A stretch of DNA of 64,000 bases from positions 32,001 to 96,000 of the forward strand of contig CAVRCI010000013.1 of assembly GCA_963719495.1 (NCBI GenBank). Reading direction: 5' to 3'. Shown piece after piece: positions 1 through 8,059 of this stretch. The translations under genes and the position numbers were made by a program. The notes under the pieces are model-generated. The model was not told the origin of the DNA. It did not search any database and was given only the letters and a program-made list of their open reading frames with translations. Position 1 is the first letter of the stretch. Every line of letters begins with the position of its first letter. Source of the DNA: an uncultured Verrucomicrobiae bacterium (lineage in GTDB: Bacteria > Verrucomicrobiota > Verrucomicrobiia > Chthoniobacterales > JAATET01).

Positions 1-446
1 GAAAAGCCCAGCGGCGCTTGGAAGAAGGTGCCGTGCCCGGGGTGAATCTTGCCCGGGGCCGCGGGAACGAGATCGCTGGCTTGGCCAGTCACCAAGTGGA
101 GTTCGGACTGGCGCAGATATTGGTCGGGCGTAAAGACTCCACCGGCGTCTTCGACCTCTTTCGGGGTGCGATCGTTGGCGTCGACGTAGTCGAAATAGGT
201 GTTCAGGGACGCCTGGCTCAGACGGCGCGTGAGCGACTCGAAGCCGGCACGGCTCTCCCGAAAGGCTGAGATTTTCCCCGTGGTCTGCTGCCAGACGCCG
301 CGGGTGTGGTTGACGATGGTCGCGGTGACCAACATCAGGATCGCCAGTAGCGCCATCGAAACGAGCAACTCGACGAGGGTGAACGCTCGCGGAGCGCGAG
401 AAATCACCATCGGCGTCTCGATCCGAGGATGGATGGGGCGGCTCAT
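1..446 (-). CDS. Verru_Chthon cassette protein C-like (pilin-like), runs off the window edge
   Basis: Not in the ORF track. Manual translation from ATG 446, which overlaps the protein B stop (ATGA): MSRPIHPRIETPMVISRAPRAFTLVELLVSMALLAILMLV...FRESRAGFESLTRRLSQASLNTYFDY...YLRQSELH...HGTFFQAPLGF. Prepilin-type N-methylation motif; third gene of the cassette. Confidence 0.85.
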   Translation of the reverse strand, partial: MSRPIHPRIETPMVISRAPRAFTLVELLVSMALLAILMLVTATIVNHTRGVWQQTTGKISAFRESRAGFESLTRRLSQASLNTYFDYVDANDRTPKEVEDAGGVFTPDQYLRQSELHLVTGQASDLVPAAPGKIHPGHGTFFQAPLGF

Positions 447-958
447 AGGGCCGTGTCCGCCACCACGAAGGCTTCCTGGAGCAAAGGCTCTTGGTCTCCC
501 GCCAGCCGGGTCACGTCGCGATTTTTCGCGACTTTCACGAGCATCGTCGACGTTCGCGTGCCGGTAAAGGCAGCTCCCGATCCGGCTCCGGATTGGGCGA
601 GAGTCGCCGAGTAAACGTATCCCGCGGGTCCGCCGATGCTAGCCGCGGTGGCGGACGCGATCTCCTCGCCGTCGCCGTCGAACCAGAAGACGGAACCAAC
701 CAAGCCGCCAAGCTGATCGAACGGCGTCTGCTGCGTCTCCGCAAAGAGCCGCTGGACGATCTGGGCCCCGCGGGTCCGGTCGATCGAATCTCGCGCCGTG
801 CCCAACGCGACGGGAAGCATGCCAAAGATCGCGACAAACGCGAAAGAGATGATGCCCAAGGCAAGGGTGATCTCGACGAGACTGAAGGCCCTCGGCGCCC
901 TGAAACGATCCGGGGCGGATTTCGAGCAAGGCGGGCGGGATTTGATGGGGGGATTCAT
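443..958 (-). CDS. Verru_Chthon cassette protein B-like (pilin-like)
   Basis: Prepilin-like N-terminus AFSLVEITLALGIISFAFVAIFGMLP and a WFDGDG motif; directly downstream of protein A. Confidence 0.85.
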   Translation of the reverse strand: MNPPIKSRPPCSKSAPDRFRAPRAFSLVEITLALGIISFAFVAIFGMLPVALGTARDSIDRTRGAQIVQRLFAETQQTPFDQLGGLVGSVFWFDGDGEEIASATAASIGGPAGYVYSATLAQSGAGSGAAFTGTRTSTMLVKVAKNRDVTRLAGDQEPLLQEAFVVADTAL

Positions 959-1017
959 AGTTTTAAGGGACAGATTTTAGCGGCACTTCGGGCGGTCAAC
1001 CGAGCTCGTCGCACCGA

Positions 1018-4000
1018 TCATTGCGCCAGTTGTTTGGTGTGCAGCACGCGGACCTTGTAGGGACCGAGCACGGCGTCGGGATCGTTCTCGTTCGTCGCGG
1101 CAACGGGGTTGCCCGAACCGTCGTCCGTGACGAGCGAGTCGTTATTTGGATCGAGATACCGTTCGATGAGGAACGATCCGCGGAAATCACCCGAGACCGT
1201 ATCGCGGGCCGAGTCGAACCCCCCCGCGGCGGCGCTGTCGGGGGTCGTCGATAGCCGCTGCACCCGCACGTGCACGGTGTAGGTGTTGGATTTCGTCGTC
1301 AGGCGTGGGTAGATGTGCGCGTAGGGCCGCTCGAGGGAGTTGTCGCCGGTGAGCGTGTGGGCGGTCCAGAAGGTTGAGAGAGCCGATTCGATCGCGGGGA
1401 CACCCGCTCCGCCCGAGACGATCCCCTCGGGGACCAGCGGGATGTCGCAGATCTCCGTGGCGGAGATGAAGGGCTTGGGCGTGGCGAACCGTTCCTCGAA
1501 GAACTCCAGGGTCGCGTCGGCGTCGATCTTCTTGCGGATCGAAACTCCCCGGGCCCCTTTGTCGCTGTGCGATCCGCTCAGCAGGACTCCGGTCTTGTAT
1601 TTTTGGACAAAAGTTCCCCCGCCCGAATCAAGTTCAGTTGGATTCATTGCCGTGATGCGCGCCGCGGCCAGCACCGCCCGCACACCGGTGTCGCGGCGGA
1701 TGTAATTAAACGGCGCGATGGCGTAGTTCATGTTGATCTTTCCCGCCGTCGAAAACGGTTCGCTGATCGCGTATGGCTCGACGACCGGCATCCAGAAATC
1801 ATCCAGCAAAAGGTGATCCGGAGGCGAGGCGCTGCCGGGATGATTGGTGCCACCGGGAAGGTAGGACCGCGCGGGGCGGAACAACAGGGTTTGCCAAGGC
1901 AATCCTCGTTTCACGCCGGTTGGCAGAGAGCCAAACATCACGGCGGACGGCATTTGCCGGTTGGGCGAGAAAAGCGTGGCCTCCACGTTGTTCGTGACGT
2001 CGTGTTTCTCCAAGGCACCGATGTAAGGGATGTTGTCGCCCATATCCTGGCTGGTTCCCTCATCGGCTTTGTTGAGGTAAGCGCCATCCGCCTGCAATCC
2101 CACCCCGTTATCCCAATCGCCCGGCTGGCCGGCCGCATTCATCACCCCGTCGATGCCGGGCGGCACGTCGGGGGTCTGAGTCGTTGATTTGTATTGATTG
2201 ATCCCCGCAACCAAATTTCCGAACTTCGCTCGCTTCGGACTCTCGACGTAATTTTGCTTGAGCGCGTGGGTGGCCTGCAATTCTCCCGCTTCGTCGATGA
2301 GTCCAAACAAGTCACCGATGTCTCCTCGCCCCGCAATGATCCTCGTGTCACCCCGGAGTTCGACGATTCCGTTATTTGGGACCAGACTGAAGACGCTATC
2401 AGCGTAGATCGGGAAGTTGTAATGGACCAAGTCCGTCCCGTCAGAAGTTGCTCTCCTGGCTTTGTTCTCCATCGACGTTGGTCCCTCCCTATCATTCCCA
2501 AGCATCGGAGCAAAAATCTCCAAATCTTCATCGAATTCATATTCGAAAGATTGCACCTCGGTCGGAGTCCCCCCTGAAAAGGGGGCTTCAATCGTGAAGG
2601 CAACCCGGCTCCCCTCTTCGATGATCAGCTTGTCCGTGCTCGTTTCCCGCCTCCCGTCGAGGGCGCTAATGATGTTGGGATGAGAGAACTCCTCGCTGAT
2701 TGGAATCGACTTTTTAAGGTTGTCCAGGGAGGCGTCGGCATCGACCGGTTTGAAGAACATGATCCCCGGAGACATGTAACCGCCAAGACGGGATTGGCCG
2801 TGCTGGCTACCGGGGGCGCCGTCAGCTGCGGCGGACCGCGGGATGTGCGCGGCGTACATCTCGACCGGATTAGTTTCACTGACCGGCGAACCATTCGGCC
2901 GGAACGGGATCGAAACGGAGCTCCCCGTGGACCCCGTCACGGCACCGTTGCGTCTCACCTTCCCGTTGATCTTGATATCGATCTCGGTGAACTTGATCGT
3001 CAGATTTGTCGCCATCGCGGACCAACCGTTCATCGGCGCGAACAACTCCGGGACCAACATGAGCTGCAGGTTGATCGGAGTTGTGTTTCCACTGCTGTCC
3101 TTGCTGCGGGTAATGAAGATGAACGCCAACTCCGAAACCGTCGGCATCCGCCCGAAACCGCGATAGCCAACCCCCGGACCGCTCGTCGGGATGATGGGGA
3201 CCACCATCCCCCGCTTGGCGTCGCGCTCGGCCGCCGGCAGCGAAGGATAGTCCGCGTAAGGCTGATCGACGGTACTGTCCTGGAGATTGAGGCAACGGAT
3301 GTAGTCGAAGATCTGCATGAGGACCTGATCGCTGTCGTTCGCCGGCGCCCCGCTCGTGTCCGCCCCACTCCACTTACCGGCAAAAGATCCGCCAAACCCC
3401 GGGATGGGCTGGGACATCAAACCCTGCAAATACGTGAAAAGCTGTTGGTTGCGGGGGTTCCAGTCCTCCGTGGTGCTCAGGGGATTTTGCCGAGTGAAGT
3501 AAAAGCGCTTGGCCGCGGAGCCGCTTCCGACCGTGCCGCACAGGGCGATCAATCGGTCGAAGGCGGTCCGATGACTACTCGCTGGATTTTCACTGATCGG
3601 CCAGGCGATCACGCGGGGCTTGTTGGACAAGGTCACCTCCGGGGATCGGCTGTTCGCGGTGAGGAAAAATTTGCTCTGCTCCAGCAATTGCCGACGCTTG
3701 AGCTTCCCGGCGGCGGTGTCGGGGAAAAGTGGATTTTCCGCGCGGCTCGCCCCGTCGAGCGAGGGGCTGAAGAGAAGTTCGTCCACCGAGGCGAAGAGGC
3801 GGTCGCCACCCGCCGAGAGGGTATCGCTGCCCCGCCTCGATCCGGCCAGAGACGAGTCCGGCCCGCCGGCAACGCGCGGCGAGATCGCGTAGATTTGTTC
3901 GAGAATCGCGGATTGTTGCTCGAACGTCGGGTTGGCCGAATTAATTCCGAGGTTCTCCGCGATTGCCCGCCCCAGAATCGGCGAGAGCGCGGTGGTCGCG

Positions 4001-4962
4001 GGGTGTCCCGGATAGCGCTGGTATTCGTGCTGCGACGGCTGGAACTGGGCGAAGTCCGCCTCGAATAATTCGTCTCCCCAACTGGTCGGGCGCGTCGCGA
4101 GATTGGATTCCCGGAAGCTCGCTCCGTTTGGAATCGTGTTGGCCACCGGGGTGTCCCACGGCGTTCCCTCGCTGGCGGTGTTGATGTTGACCTTGCTGGT
4201 TTCGTCGTCGGTCCAGAAGGCCAGGCGGGCCGTCGGCTTGTTGGTTGCGCTCGCTCCCGCGATCGCCACGCCCCCCCCGCCCTTTTCCGTGCCGGCCGAA
4301 ATGGTGCCGTCCTCGAGCAGGTAGAGCCATTTCACGGGCATCGCCAGCTTGGGCTCGGTGGACGTCGAGTTCCCCCAGGCCGACTCGAAGGAAAACCCCT
4401 CGACCTCACCCTCGGCGCGCGGGTCGATGATCGGAAAGAGAAAGTGCTCGGACCGCACCCCCGATGAACTGAGAAGCGTCGTCTTGACCGGATCGTTGAT
4501 GTCCACGTAGACGTCCGGCTGCCCCGCCCATTCCCCCGCGCCGGGAAGGTCGTCCTTGTCCGCCGGATCGAACTCCCCGGTGACCGTCATCTGGTCGTCG
4601 GAGTAGAGCTTGTAGGCGCGGGACGGGTCGCCCGACGTGTCGAAGGTGCGAATCAAACCCGGCTGCGAGACCCAGGCCTCCTCGGGACGGGTCGTCGCCT
4701 CCTGGATCTGACCGATCACGAGGTTGAGCGCCGTCTCCGAGAGAATGCGGGTCGAGATGCCCTTCTCGTAACTCACCGAGGAGGAAAGATCGGTGCGCAC
4801 CGCCGTGAGCAGGGCCACGACCAGACCGGTCACCAGAACAAGCATGGCGAGGACCAGGACCAACGCGGCGCCTCCGCTGGCGCGGCGCGGAGATCTTCGA
4901 GACCGAATCAGGATGATCGGAACGCGATGAGCGCGCGAGCGGCGGAAACAAGTGGGGTGCAT
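1018..4962 (-). CDS. Verru_Chthon cassette protein A-like (large PilX/GspK-like protein)
   Basis: ~1310 aa. GAALVLVL hydrophobic N-terminus and motifs WVSQPGLIR, YKLYS, AFWTDDETSKVNINTASEG, EYQRYPGHPATT, RPYAHIYPRLTTKSNTYTVH, ERYLDPN. Start taken at ATG 4962. Confidence 0.9.
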   Translation of the reverse strand: MHPTCFRRSRAHRVPIILIRSRRSPRRASGGAALVLVLAMLVLVTGLVVALLTAVRTDLSSSVSYEKGISTRILSETALNLVIGQIQEATTRPEEAWVSQPGLIRTFDTSGDPSRAYKLYSDDQMTVTGEFDPADKDDLPGAGEWAGQPDVYVDINDPVKTTLLSSSGVRSEHFLFPIIDPRAEGEVEGFSFESAWGNSTSTEPKLAMPVKWLYLLEDGTISAGTEKGGGGVAIAGASATNKPTARLAFWTDDETSKVNINTASEGTPWDTPVANTIPNGASFRESNLATRPTSWGDELFEADFAQFQPSQHEYQRYPGHPATTALSPILGRAIAENLGINSANPTFEQQSAILEQIYAISPRVAGGPDSSLAGSRRGSDTLSAGGDRLFASVDELLFSPSLDGASRAENPLFPDTAAGKLKRRQLLEQSKFFLTANSRSPEVTLSNKPRVIAWPISENPASSHRTAFDRLIALCGTVGSGSAAKRFYFTRQNPLSTTEDWNPRNQQLFTYLQGLMSQPIPGFGGSFAGKWSGADTSGAPANDSDQVLMQIFDYIRCLNLQDSTVDQPYADYPSLPAAERDAKRGMVVPIIPTSGPGVGYRGFGRMPTVSELAFIFITRSKDSSGNTTPINLQLMLVPELFAPMNGWSAMATNLTIKFTEIDIKINGKVRRNGAVTGSTGSSVSIPFRPNGSPVSETNPVEMYAAHIPRSAAADGAPGSQHGQSRLGGYMSPGIMFFKPVDADASLDNLKKSIPISEEFSHPNIISALDGRRETSTDKLIIEEGSRVAFTIEAPFSGGTPTEVQSFEYEFDEDLEIFAPMLGNDREGPTSMENKARRATSDGTDLVHYNFPIYADSVFSLVPNNGIVELRGDTRIIAGRGDIGDLFGLIDEAGELQATHALKQNYVESPKRAKFGNLVAGINQYKSTTQTPDVPPGIDGVMNAAGQPGDWDNGVGLQADGAYLNKADEGTSQDMGDNIPYIGALEKHDVTNNVEATLFSPNRQMPSAVMFGSLPTGVKRGLPWQTLLFRPARSYLPGGTNHPGSASPPDHLLLDDFWMPVVEPYAISEPFSTAGKINMNYAIAPFNYIRRDTGVRAVLAAARITAMNPTELDSGGGTFVQKYKTGVLLSGSHSDKGARGVSIRKKIDADATLEFFEERFATPKPFISATEICDIPLVPEGIVSGGAGVPAIESALSTFWTAHTLTGDNSLERPYAHIYPRLTTKSNTYTVHVRVQRLSTTPDSAAAGGFDSARDTVSGDFRGSFLIERYLDPNNDSLVTDDGSGNPVAATNENDPDAVLGPYKVRVLHTKQLAQ

Positions 4963-5030
4963 TGCGGGGGGGAGAGGAGGACTGAGAGCACCTCGTCGGT
5001 CAGGCGCTGATCCCAAAAATTACACCGCTC

Positions 5031-5044
5031 TAAAAGCGTTTGCA
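5031..5044. promoter_or_regulatory. Candidate LacI/GalR-family operator
   Basis: TAAAAGCGTTTGCA matches the TGWAANCGNTTNCA-type consensus at all but one position; ~70 bp upstream of the cassette A start, divergent from the LacI gene. Confidence 0.45.
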
Positions 5045-5391
5045 AAATATTTTATCGGGCGCGGTCGACTTTCCAAAGATCCAACCTTTCTGTCTTGGCG
5101 AGAAACAGTCAACGCACTCCTGCCGAGAGGCGGTTCGCGGGGCGATAGCCGCGAGAGTTGGCTGTCGCCGGGCCGCGCTCGACGCCGGATGGCCGCGACG
5201 CGTCTCGCGAGGATGCCGGGCTGGCGGGGGACCGCCCTCCCCTTGCTTTGCTGGCAACAACAACCTTCGTGATCACACCGGGTCATTCGGGCAATGCGGC
5301 CCGCTGATTTTGATCGGTCGCATGACGGCTACAAAAATGAGTCTGCTATTTCCCGGTAAACTAGATAAGAGTCTCACGTCACCAGCTTTCC

Positions 5392-6477
5392 ATGTCCGTT
5401 ACTCTCCAAGACATCGCGAATCACGCGAATGTCAGCCTGCCGACCGCCAGTCAGATTCTGAGTCCGCTCAGCAAACGGGCGGGGCTTTTCTCCGAGGCGA
5501 CGCGCCAACGCGTCCGGCGGGCAGCGGACGAGCTATGTTACCGGCCAAATTCCTCCGCGCGGTCGATGGCAACGGGGCGCTTCGGAGCGGTCACGTTGGT
5601 CCTGAGCCACCACGACAATCGCAGTATTTTGCCCCACTCCCTCCTGGCTGGAATCGAAGGCAGCCTGGCGAGCACCGACCTTCACCTGATGATCGCCCGG
5701 CTCCCGGACCAGAAGCTGACCGACGCCGGGGCGATGCCCAAGCTCATGCGGGAACTGGCCTCCGATGGCTTGCTCATCAATTACAACGCCCACATCCCCA
5801 GCCGGATGATCGAGCTGGTCGATCAATACCGTCTGCCGAGCGTCTGGATCAACACCAAGCAGACCAACGCGTGCGTCTATCCCGACGACGAACGCGCCGG
5901 CTACGAGTTGACCAAGCTTCTGCTCGAAAATGGACACGAGCGCATTGCGTTCGTCGACTACACCTACGGCCTCAGGCCCAAAGAGCCTCACTACAGTAAT
6001 CCCGACCGTCGGGCGGGATATCGGCGGGCCATGCGCGAAGCCAGGCTCGCCCCCCGCATCGTTTGTGGCGCGGGGAACATCCTCCGATCCGAGCGAATCG
6101 AGTTCTCACGCCAGTGGATCGAGGCACCGGACCACCCCACCGGCGTGGTCTGCTACACCCACCACGAGTCCGCGGCCATTCTCGCCACGGCGGATCGCCT
6201 TGGACTCTCCGTCCCACGTGACTTGGCCGTCGTCACCGTTCACGACGAGCCGGCGCATCATTACGACATCAGCATCCCCACTGCAGTCCTTCCAGAACGT
6301 GAGATCGGTTCGCGAGCCGTGACCCTGCTGGCCGCCCAGATCGCCACCAAAAATACCGCCTGCGAGTCGTTCTGCGTGCCGCTGAGCATCGTCCACGCGG
6401 ACCAGGTCTTTCCGCCGGGGATCGTTCCCCGCGCCGCCCGCACCGGGCGCGACTCGCGCGGAGCGTCCGGCGCTTAA
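5392..6477 (+). CDS. LacI-family transcriptional regulator
   Basis: N-terminal HTH VTLQDIANHANVSLPTASQIL, YRPNSSARSM hinge, sugar-binding domain with VPRDLAVV. Confidence 0.95.
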   Translation: MSVTLQDIANHANVSLPTASQILSPLSKRAGLFSEATRQRVRRAADELCYRPNSSARSMATGRFGAVTLVLSHHDNRSILPHSLLAGIEGSLASTDLHLMIARLPDQKLTDAGAMPKLMRELASDGLLINYNAHIPSRMIELVDQYRLPSVWINTKQTNACVYPDDERAGYELTKLLLENGHERIAFVDYTYGLRPKEPHYSNPDRRAGYRRAMREARLAPRIVCGAGNILRSERIEFSRQWIEAPDHPTGVVCYTHHESAAILATADRLGLSVPRDLAVVTVHDEPAHHYDISIPTAVLPEREIGSRAVTLLAAQIATKNTACESFCVPLSIVHADQVFPPGIVPRAARTGRDSRGASGA

Positions 6478-6545
6478 GCAAACCGCTGGTTACGGAAAGT
6501 TGCCCCCCCTTTTGGCACCCGCCGCGAAAAAATTGTCGCTTCCCT

Positions 6546-6567
6546 TAGTTTAAAGCGCGATAAATTA
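6546..6567. promoter_or_regulatory. Candidate operator (imperfect CG-centred palindrome) upstream of GH43
   Basis: TAGTTTAAAGC|GCGATAAATTA pairs at 8 of 11 positions, is AT-rich and lies 10 bp before the GH43 ATG. Confidence 0.35.
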
Positions 6568-6577
6568 GGTTTCGACG

Positions 6578-8020
6578 ATGAAACCGCCCGCCACGTATTG
6601 CAATCCGCTCCCGCTCCCGAACTTCCAGCGCGGGAGAGTGTCCGCCACGTCGCGGAAAGGGGCCAATCCCGGCTGGGGCTGGACGAACCCAACCGCGCGG
6701 GTAGATTTCCGCGAAATGGCCGACCCGACCGTCATCCGCTTTGACGATCGGTGGTACCTCTTTCCGTCCGCCGGACTGCTCTGGCACTCGGATGACATGG
6801 TGCGCTGGGAGTTTCGCTCCATCGAACCCTTCGATCTCGGATACGCGCCGACCGTTGTCGAATGGCACGATCCAGCGGGTGAGCGCTGGCTGTTGCTGAC
6901 CGCGTGCGGATCGGGGATGTGGCGCGCCCGCCACCCCTTCGGACCCTGGGAAGACATCGGGCCGATCCGGGATGAAAACGACGAGCCCTCCACCTGGGCC
7001 GATCCGGCTCTGTTCGTCGACGACGATGGCGCGCTCTATTGCTACAGCGGCCTCGGCTCCGACGGGATTTACGTGGTGCCGCTCCGGGCCGACAACCCGG
7101 CTTACTGCGCCTCGGCGCGGCAGAGTTGCTTCGCCTTCGACCCGGCGCACCTCTGGGAACGCGCCGGGGAATTCAACGAAAACATCGAGAAATCCTTCGT
7201 CGAGGGAGCCTGGATGACCAAGCACGAGGGCCGCTATTATCTCCAATATTCCGCGAACGGAACGGAATGGAAGAACTACGCCGTGGGATGCTACATCGGC
7301 GAGACTCCACTCGGACCGTGGCGGTATCAGACGCGCAACCCGATCCTCATCGCGCCGCGGGGAAATTTCGTCAACGGCGCGGCGCACCATTCGATCGTCG
7401 AAGGGCCGGACGGCACGCTCTGGTGTTTCTACACGACGCTCGTCCGGATCGAACACGCCTTCGAGCGCCGAATCGGAATGGACCCGGCCGGATTCGACGG
7501 CGACGGCGACCTCTTCGTCGCCGGCCCGACCGAGACTCCCCAGCTCGCGCCCGGCAGCATCCCGCATCCCGCCGAGGGAAACGGCACGGGCTGGTTGCCC
7601 GTCTCCGTGAACCGCTTTTCGTGCGCTTCGAGCTACGCCCCCGGCCGCGAGCCGTCCTTCGCCTTCGACCACGAAATCCGGACCTGGTGGGAAGCCGAGA
7701 CCACCGATGAGTTGCCCTGGATCGAGGTCAATCTCGATCGCGACTGGGATCTCACCGCCTCGCGCATCTGCTTCGCGGACCGAGGATTGGACTACGCGTC
7801 CGGAATCGTTCCTGGCCCCTACCGCTACCGCATCGAAGGCAGTCTTGACGGAGTTTCCTGGACCCTGCTTTGCGACCAGAGCACCAACGAAACGGATCGA
7901 CACATCGTCTACGACACCTGGACGGCCCAGCCGGCACAAATGGTCCGCTTAACGATCATCGAAGCGCCGAAGGGTATGCGCGTCGGTGTGTGGGAATGGA
8001 CTCTCTTCGCCCAGACCTGA
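6578..8020 (+). CDS. Glycoside hydrolase family 43 with C-terminal F5/8 type C (discoidin/CBM32-like) domain
   Basis: Catalytic-blade motifs ADPTVI, ADPALFVDDDG, VEGAWMTKHEGRYYLQYS; C-terminal WIEVNL...YRIEGSLDGVSW. Confidence 0.9.
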   Translation: MKPPATYCNPLPLPNFQRGRVSATSRKGANPGWGWTNPTARVDFREMADPTVIRFDDRWYLFPSAGLLWHSDDMVRWEFRSIEPFDLGYAPTVVEWHDPAGERWLLLTACGSGMWRARHPFGPWEDIGPIRDENDEPSTWADPALFVDDDGALYCYSGLGSDGIYVVPLRADNPAYCASARQSCFAFDPAHLWERAGEFNENIEKSFVEGAWMTKHEGRYYLQYSANGTEWKNYAVGCYIGETPLGPWRYQTRNPILIAPRGNFVNGAAHHSIVEGPDGTLWCFYTTLVRIEHAFERRIGMDPAGFDGDGDLFVAGPTETPQLAPGSIPHPAEGNGTGWLPVSVNRFSCASSYAPGREPSFAFDHEIRTWWEAETTDELPWIEVNLDRDWDLTASRICFADRGLDYASGIVPGPYRYRIEGSLDGVSWTLLCDQSTNETDRHIVYDTWTAQPAQMVRLTIIEAPKGMRVGVWEWTLFAQT

Positions 8021-8059
8021 ACCGACCTCATGGGCGGGAGCCGAGGCTGAGCGCCGATT

